The position numbers and the translations under genes are program-made. The notes under the pieces are model-generated. The model searched no databases. It worked only from the letters and a program-made list of their open reading frames with translations, and had not been told where the DNA came from. A DNA stretch of 24,000 nt from Tomitella cavernea (GTDB lineage Bacteria > Actinomycetota > Actinomycetes > Mycobacteriales > Mycobacteriaceae): NCBI RefSeq assembly GCF_016599145.1, contig NZ_JAENKO010000009.1, forward strand, positions 56,114 to 80,113, read 5' to 3'. Of the stretch, positions 16,086-24,000 are shown piece by piece. Within the stretch, counting starts at the first letter, position 1. Each line of letters begins with the position of its first letter.

Positions 16086-17395
16086 ATGGCCCACCGGGAA
16101 ATCGGCGTGGCGGTACTCGGTCTCGGCAATGTCGGCGGCGAGGTCGTGCGCATCCTGCGGTCCGCCTCGGCGGACTTCGAGGCGCGGGTCGGCGCGCCTC
16201 TGGTGCTGCGCGGCATCGCCGTGCGCAGCATCGGGTCCGACCGCGGCGTGCCGGAGGACCTGCTCACCACCGACGCGCAGGCGCTGGTCGAACGCGACGA
16301 CGTCGACATCGTCGTCGAGGTGATAGGCGGCATCGAACCGGTGCGGACCCTCATCCTCACCGCGTTGCAATCCGGCAAGTCGGTGGTCACCGCGAACAAG
16401 GCGCTGCTGGCCGACTACACGGGCGAACTCGCGTCGGCGGCCAAGGACGCGGACGTCGACCTGTACTTCGAGGCCGCCGTCGCCGGCGCGATCCCGGTGG
16501 TGCGGCCGCTTATGCAGTCGCTCGCCGGGGACCGCGTCGACCGCGTCGTCGGAATCGTCAACGGCACGACCAACTACATCCTTTCGGCGATGGACGCCAC
16601 AGGCGCCGACTACTCCGATTCGCTTGCGGACGCGAGCCGTCTGGGATACGCGGAGGCCGACCCCACGGCCGACGTGGAAGGCTACGACGCGGCGGCCAAG
16701 GCGGCGATCCTGGCGTCTCTGGCCTTCCACACCCGTGTCACCGCGGCCGATGTGTACCGCGAGGGGATCTCCGCCATCACTGCCGCGGATCTGGCCTCCG
16801 CCCGTGCGGTGGGGTGCACCGTGAAGCTGCTCGCCATGTGCGAGCGCGTCCCCGGGCGGCCCGACGTCGCGGACGGCGAGGACTGGGTGTCCGCCCGGGT
16901 GTATCCCGCGCTCGTGCCGTTGACGCACCCGCTCGCCAACGTGGACGGGGCGTTCAACGCCGTCGTCGTCGAGGCGGAAGCGGCCGGCAGGCTCATGTTC
17001 TACGGACAGGGGGCGGGCGGTGGGCCCACCGCCTCCTCGGTACTGGGAGACCTCGTCAGCGCTGCGCGCAACAAGGTGCATGGTGGCAAAGGCCCGGACG
17101 AGTCCACGTACGCCGGATTGCGCATCGGCCCGATGGGGGACACACCCACCCGTTACCACGTGTTCATGGAGGTCACCGACAGGGTCGGCGTGCTCTCCGC
17201 TGTGGCGGCGGAGTTCTCCAAGCACGACGTGAGCATCTCGGTGGTGCGGCAGGAGGACACCGAGGTCGGTGCGTCGCTCGTCGTCGTCACCCACATGGCG
17301 CTCGAGTCCGCGCTTCGTGACACCGTGGCCGCGCTGGAGAACCTGGAGTACGTCAACGCTGTCACGAGCGTGCTGAGAATGGAAGGCACCGGAGA

Positions 17396-17399
<4 letters not shown>
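16086..17399 (+). CDS. hom: Homoserine dehydrogenase with C-terminal ACT domain (437 aa)
   Basis: N-terminal NAD(P)-binding GLGNVGG. Central catalytic domain ([28 protein letters not shown]). C-terminal ACT-like region ([21 protein letters not shown]). GGAGG lies 8 nt upstream of ATG 16086. Confidence 0.95.
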
Positions 17400-19437
<2,038 letters not shown>

Positions 19438-19449
19438 CGGAGCCGGATA

Positions 19450-19493
19450 CCGCAGCGGCCCCGCACCCGGTGAGGGGCGCGGGGCCGCAGCGG
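19450..19493. terminator. GC-rich hairpin between convergent thrB and the acyl-CoA synthetase gene (candidate bidirectional terminator without a U-tract)
   Basis: CCGCaGCGGCCCCGC (19450-19464) pairs with GCGGGGCCGCaGCGG (19479-19493), giving 14 bp with one A/A mismatch and a 14-nt loop. It sits in the 71-bp gap between the two stop codons. Neither side has a clear U-run, hence the low confidence. Confidence 0.4.
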
Positions 19494-19508
19494 TTCGGCC
19501 GTGCCGCG

Positions 19509-21131
19509 TCAGATGCGTTCCACCTCGAGATCGCCGGCCTTATAGCTCGAACGCAGGCGCTTCTTGTCGAACTTGCCCACCGAGGTCTTGGGCACCTCGG
19601 TGATCCGCGCCCAGTTCTCCGGCAGCTGCCACTTCGCGATGCTGCCCGCCAGGAAGTCCCGGAGCACCTGCGGAGTCGTGTCCGAGTCCTCGCGGAGTAC
19701 GACCGCCACCAGCGGGCGTTCATCCCACTTCTCGTCGGGGACGCCGATCACGGCGGCCTCGAGGACATCGGGATGCCCCATGACGAGGTTCTCCAGATCG
19801 ACGGAGGAGATCCACTCGCCGCCGGACTTGATGATGTCCTTGGACCTGTCTGTGAGAGTGAGGTAGCCGTCGGGGGTGATCCGCCCGACGTCGCCCGTCT
19901 TCAACCATCCGTCGTCGAACTTGTCCGCCGAATCGACGCCGTAATATGCGCCCGCGATCCAGGGCCCCCGCACCTCGAGCTCGCCCACCGACTCCCCGTC
20001 CTTGGGGACGATGGCGCCGTCGTCGTCGACCAGGCGTGCCTCGACGGCCGCCGGAAAACGGCCCTGCGTGTACCGGTAGCGCCAGGCCTCATCGCCTTCC
20101 GTTCCGGCCGGCGGATTGGCCACGGAGCCGAGTGGGGACGTCTCGGTCATGCCCCACGCGTGGAGCACCCGGATCCCGTACTGCTCCTCGAATGCGTGCA
20201 TCAACGACGGCGGCACGGCCGACCCTCCGACGACGACCAGCTTCATCGAGGACACGTCGTCATCGTGGTCCTCCAGGTGGTGCAGGAGCCCCTGCCAGAT
20301 CGCCGGCACGGCCGCCGCGAAGTTCGGGCGGGCCTCGGCGATCATCTGCGCCAGGGGAGCCGGCTGGAGGAAACGGTCCGGCATGAGCAGCGACGCGCCG
20401 ATCATGAACGCCGCGTAAGGCATGCCCCACGACATGGCATGGAACTGCGGCACGATCGCGAGCGCGAGGTCGCCCTGCTTGAGGCCCATGCCGTCCGTCA
20501 TGCAGATCGACATCGAGTGGAGCCAGATGGACCTGTGCGAGTACGCAACGCCCTTGGGGTCTCCCGTGGTGCCGGATGTGTAGCACATGGCCGCCGCGGT
20601 GCGTTCGTCGAGTTCGGGCCAGTCGAAATCGTCCGGCTCGCCGGCGATGAGCTGCTCCCAGCTGTGCACCGTCATTCCGTCGGGGAGGTCGAACTCCGGC
20701 ACCTGCGATCCGCTCACGACGATGTGCCGCACCGTCGTGAACTCCGGGAGGCGCGGCGCCAGCAGCGGGACGAGGGTGGGGTCGACCAGGATGACGTGGT
20801 CCTCGGCGTGGTTCACCACGTGCACCAGCTGGTCCGGGAACAAGCGGATGTTCAGGGTGTGCAGTACGGCGCCCATCGCGGGAATGCCCAGGTAAGCCTC
20901 GAGGTGTTCCTGGTTGTTCCACATGAAGGTGCCGACCCGCTGGTCGCCGGTGACACCCAGGCCGCGGAGTGCGTGCGCCAGGCGGGCGCAGCGCCGGCCC
21001 ACTTCGGCGTAACTCGCGCTGCGGGGCCCCTCGTCCGTCCAGGTGATCACCTGGGCCTCGCTGTGGATGGTGCTTCCGTAGCGCAACAGCTGCGCGATCG
21101 AAAGCGGGGCCTCCTGCATCGTGCTGAGCAT
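19509..21131 (-). CDS. Long-chain fatty acid--CoA ligase (adenylate-forming, FadD-type; Thermus LC-FACS-like), 540 aa
   Basis: Track ORF 19509..21293 trimmed to ATG 21129-21131 ([11 protein letters not shown]...), which has AGGAGA 4 nt upstream. AMP-binding motifs [18 protein letters not shown]-like [17 protein letters not shown], and [15 protein letters not shown], the last being characteristic of the ttLC-FACS subgroup. Confidence 0.9.
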   Translation of the reverse strand: MLSTMQEAPLSIAQLLRYGSTIHSEAQVITWTDEGPRSASYAEVGRRCARLAHALRGLGVTGDQRVGTFMWNNQEHLEAYLGIPAMGAVLHTLNIRLFPDQLVHVVNHAEDHVILVDPTLVPLLAPRLPEFTTVRHIVVSGSQVPEFDLPDGMTVHSWEQLIAGEPDDFDWPELDERTAAAMCYTSGTTGDPKGVAYSHRSIWLHSMSICMTDGMGLKQGDLALAIVPQFHAMSWGMPYAAFMIGASLLMPDRFLQPAPLAQMIAEARPNFAAAVPAIWQGLLHHLEDHDDDVSSMKLVVVGGSAVPPSLMHAFEEQYGIRVLHAWGMTETSPLGSVANPPAGTEGDEAWRYRYTQGRFPAAVEARLVDDDGAIVPKDGESVGELEVRGPWIAGAYYGVDSADKFDDGWLKTGDVGRITPDGYLTLTDRSKDIIKSGGEWISSVDLENLVMGHPDVLEAAVIGVPDEKWDERPLVAVVLREDSDTTPQVLRDFLAGSIAKWQLPENWARITEVPKTSVGKFDKKRLRSSYKAGDLEVERI

Positions 21132-21875
21132 CGGATCTCCTGCCTGTGGTGGATCGCCCCCACGGGGCGCCGGGTGTGACCACGACCATATCGTCCGTCG
21201 AACGGCGGCGGGAGATGCGGATCGGGATCGCGACGCGCCGGGGGCGTTGTTGCAGGGTCGTTCCGGGCGGGCTATTCTGGACCGTGTCCGCACGAATTGT
21301 GCTGATTCGCATGCTCCCTAACGCTTTGCCGCGGGGTTCATGCAGAACGGGTCGACGCTCAGTGGGCTGCTGATCCGGATGCCGTTCCGATGCTCCGTTT
21401 CGCCTGGACGATGAGCTTCCTTCCAAGCGGTCGGTCGAGGGCGGCACGGTCCGGTCGGTTCTCCTCTGAGGACATGCTCCTGATTCCTCGAGGGCCTGCT
21501 CCGCGCCGGAACCCCGGTGGCGGATCAGGTCAGCCGGTTGACGTCCCCTCTGCACCACTGCATCGTGCATGCAGAAGGCCAGTGCCCGGCGCGCAACGAG
21601 TGCCGTGCAGGGAGGCGCGTTCGGCGTCGTGTCGTTCTCCGGCCGTGGCCGGAGCATCAGGAGCGCACCACGCGGCCCGGTGCGGGGCGGCGCTGCGGGT
21701 CCGGGCGTGTGTGCCGGACCGGTGACGCCTGGGTGACGTGCGGCAACTGAAGACTCATCACCATCGGTGCAGGCGGATTCCACCCGCCGATGGGTGCCAG
21801 CCCGTGAATATCGCGCAATGCGATCTACGGCCAGGCCCGGGGCGCGATCCGCGTCCGGGTAAAGAAAGGACCTCC

Positions 21876-23915
21876 GTGACCGATACGGAACTCATCAACA
21901 CCGCAGGCGCCGCGCAAGGCGGTACCCGCGCGCGCGGCGGCGACAAGTCCGCGGTGTCGTCCATGCTTCTTCCCGAGCTGAAAGCGCTGGCCGTGCAACT
22001 CGGCATCAAGGGCACGTCGGGCATGCGCAAAGGGCAGCTGCTCGCCGCGATCCAGGAGCACCAGTCCGGCGGCGGGGGCGCGAAGACCGCAGCGCCGACC
22101 GGCCGGCGAAAGGCGCCCGCGGCTGCAGATGCACCGGCCAAGGAGGCCTCCGTTGCGGTGGCACCCGCGCAGAACGCGCCCGCCTCGACGGATGCCGCCG
22201 ACGGCGAAACGGCAGGCGGAAGCGCCCGGCAGAAGCAGGACGCGACGGCGGACGCGTCGCCGGTAGTGCGCGATGCGCAGGGGGACCGGCGCGGCGGGGC
22301 CGCCGACCAGCGCCAGACCGACCAGCGCCAGACCGACCAGCACCAGACCGACCGACCTGACTCCGCGGGCGGCGACAAGGCATCTCGCGGGCGCGGCGGC
22401 GACGGGAACGGCCGCGGTGATGAAGACGGCAATCGCCGGGACCGCGGCGGGCAGTCGCGGCGCGGAGGCCGGGACAACCGCGGGGGCAACGACAACCGCG
22501 GGGGCAACGACAACCGCGGGGGCAACGACAACCGCGGGGGCGACAAGAACAGCCACGGCAAGCCGGCCGATCACGGCGGTGAGAAGAACGCCGACGGCCA
22601 GGGTGGTGGTTCCGGAGGCCAGGGCGGGAACTCCGGAAACCAGGGCGGTCGTCCTGGCCGCGGCCAGGGCGACGGCGACGGAGGAGGCCGGCGCGGACGT
22701 CGGTTCCGTGAGCGCAGGCGCGGGCGCGACCGCGGCGATCGCGGCGGCGACGTCGAGGTGCGGGACGACGATGTGCTGCAGCCCGTGGCCGGGATCATCG
22801 ACGTACTCGACAACTACGCTTTCGTGCGCACTTCCGGTTACCTTCCGGGGTCCAACGACGTGTACGTGTCGATGAACATGGTCCGCAAGAACGGGCTGCG
22901 CCGCGGCGACGCGATCACCGGGGCCGTCCGGGTGCCGCGGGACAACGACCACCCGAATCAGCGGCAGAAGTTCAATCCTCTGGTGCGGCTGGACACCGTC
23001 AACGGTTCCGACGTCGACACGGCGAAGTCGCGCCCGGAGTTCTCCAAACTCACGCCGCTCTACCCCAACCAGCGATTGCGCCTCGAAACCGAGGCGAACC
23101 AGCTGACCACCCGGGTCATCGACCTGATCATGCCCATCGGCAAGGGGCAGCGCGCGCTCGTCGTCAGTCCGCCCAAGGCGGGTAAGACTACCGTTCTGCA
23201 GAGCATCGCCAATGCGATCGCCACGAACAATCCCGAGTGCTATCTGATGGTGGTGCTCGTCGATGAGCGGCCGGAGGAAGTGACCGACATGCAACGGTCG
23301 GTGCGCGGCGAGGTCATCGCCTCGACGTTCGACCGCCCGCCGTCGGACCACACTTCGGTGGCGGAACTCGCCATCGAACGGGCCAAGCGGCTGGTCGAGT
23401 CGGGCAAGGACGTCGTGGTGCTGCTGGATTCGATCACGAGGCTCGGTCGTGCCTACAACAACTCGTCCCCGGCGTCGGGCCGCATCCTTTCCGGTGGCGT
23501 CGATTCGACCGCGCTGTACCCGCCCAAGAGGTTTCTCGGCGCGGCGCGCAACATCGAGCACGGCGGCTCGCTGACGATCATCGCCACGGCGATGGTCGAG
23601 ACCGGGTCGCAGGGCGACACGGTCATCTTCGAGGAGTTCAAGGGCACCGGCAATGCGGAGCTCAAGCTGGACCGGAAGATCGCGGAGCGCCGCGTGTTCC
23701 CGGCCGTCGACATCAACCCCTCGGGCACACGCAGGGACGACCTGCTGCTGGCGTCGGAGGAGGCCGCGGTGGTGCACAAGCTGCGTCGGGTGATGTCCGG
23801 GCTCGATTCGCAGCAGGCCATCGACGTCCTGATGGAGCAGCTGAAGAAGACCAGGACGAACTACGAGTTCCTCATGCAGGTCTCCAAGACCGCCCTCGGG
23901 GCCGCCCCCGAGTGA
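21876..23915 (+). CDS. rho: Transcription termination factor Rho with a large actinobacterial N-terminal insertion (679 aa)
   Basis: Track ORF 21738..23915 trimmed to GTG 21876 (VTDTELINTAG...). This matches the remembered M. tuberculosis Rho start VTDTDLITAG and has AAGGA upstream. Rho_N helix (LLPELKALAVQLGIKGTSGMRKGQLLAAIQ), CSD-like RNA-binding domain (VAGIIDVLDNYAFVRTSGYL), Walker A (SPPKAGKTT), and Q/R loops. Confidence 0.95.
   Translation: MTDTELINTAGAAQGGTRARGGDKSAVSSMLLPELKALAVQLGIKGTSGMRKGQLLAAIQEHQSGGGGAKTAAPTGRRKAPAAADAPAKEASVAVAPAQNAPASTDAADGETAGGSARQKQDATADASPVVRDAQGDRRGGAADQRQTDQRQTDQHQTDRPDSAGGDKASRGRGGDGNGRGDEDGNRRDRGGQSRRGGRDNRGGNDNRGGNDNRGGNDNRGGDKNSHGKPADHGGEKNADGQGGGSGGQGGNSGNQGGRPGRGQGDGDGGGRRGRRFRERRRGRDRGDRGGDVEVRDDDVLQPVAGIIDVLDNYAFVRTSGYLPGSNDVYVSMNMVRKNGLRRGDAITGAVRVPRDNDHPNQRQKFNPLVRLDTVNGSDVDTAKSRPEFSKLTPLYPNQRLRLETEANQLTTRVIDLIMPIGKGQRALVVSPPKAGKTTVLQSIANAIATNNPECYLMVVLVDERPEEVTDMQRSVRGEVIASTFDRPPSDHTSVAELAIERAKRLVESGKDVVVLLDSITRLGRAYNNSSPASGRILSGGVDSTALYPPKRFLGAARNIEHGGSLTIIATAMVETGSQGDTVIFEEFKGTGNAELKLDRKIAERRVFPAVDINPSGTRRDDLLLASEEAAVVHKLRRVMSGLDSQQAIDVLMEQLKKTRTNYEFLMQVSKTALGAAPE
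22305..22349 (+). repeat. In-frame tandem repeat, 3 x 15 bp (gaccagcgccagacc; third copy has 1 mismatch), encoding DQRQT-DQRQT-DQHQT within the rho insertion
   Basis: Read directly from the sequence at 22305-22319, 22320-22334 and 22335-22349. Confidence 0.9.
22473..22544 (+). repeat. In-frame tandem repeat, 4 x 18 bp (gacaaccgcgggggcaac; last copy has 1 mismatch), encoding DNRGGN x3 plus DNRGGD within the rho insertion
   Basis: Read directly from the sequence at 22473-22490, 22491-22508, 22509-22526 and 22527-22544. The first three copies are identical at the DNA level. Confidence 0.9.
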
Positions 23916-24000
23916 GCGTCCGGTGACCGATGCGGGCTCCGGGAACAAAACGCGCTCTGACATACTTGTACGGTTGTGTCCGGTACCGGTTCACGTCGTC

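Noticed and set aside
21359-21475. 38-aa minus-strand small ORF (MSSEENRPDRAALDRPLGRKLIVQAKRSIGTASGSAAH) in the fadD-rho spacer
   Set aside because: It has an ATG and a nearby purine-rich tract (GAGGA 9 nt upstream, AGGAG only 1 nt upstream). Its third-position GC is far below that of real genes here, and I recognise no family. It is kept only as something Ribo-seq could test.
21390-21725. 111-aa plus-strand ORF upstream of rho
   Set aside because: No RBS, weak third-position GC bias, an Arg/Ala/Pro-rich translation and no recognisable domain. It most likely lies in non-coding leader.
22473-22544. CRISPR-like short repeats
   Set aside because: The repeats are contiguous with no spacers, in frame, and inside the rho coding sequence. 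They encode DNRGGN peptide repeats.

Overview
High-GC (roughly 70% by eye) actinobacterial chromosome segment whose gene content and order look like Mycobacteriales/Corynebacteriales core genome. Left edge, minus strand: a 2-oxoacid (branched-chain type) dehydrogenase operon, E1-alpha, E1-beta and a partial E2, joined by ATGA start/stop overlaps. Then on the plus strand: a lipoprotein plus DHA2-type MFS transporter pair, followed by three translationally coupled genes: a membrane-anchored PBP-like/VWA protein, an SNF2-family ATPase (HelZ/Rv2101-like) and a SWIM zinc-finger protein (Rv2102-like). Next come an MBL-fold hydrolase convergent with a PAP2 phosphatase, then a tRNA-Arg(CCG) with its own intrinsic terminator. 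The tRNA is divergent from argS-lysA-hom-thrC-thrB, which has the same order as Rv1292-Rv1296 in M. tuberculosis. Between thrB and rho (neighbours in M. tuberculosis) lie a minus-strand long-chain acyl-CoA synthetase and a 745-bp apparently non-coding stretch. rho (679 aa) carries a ~235-aa G/R/D/N-rich insertion with two near-perfect in-frame tandem DNA repeats. I found no CRISPR array, transposase, integrase, phage gene or toxin-antitoxin pair, so the window is mostly housekeeping. The best candidate for uncharacterised biology is the coupled VWA-SNF2-SWIM module, and that is a hypothesis only. The three >1000-aa ORFs in the track are antisense GC artefacts. All homology statements come from motif recognition and remembered reference sequences; no database search was run.
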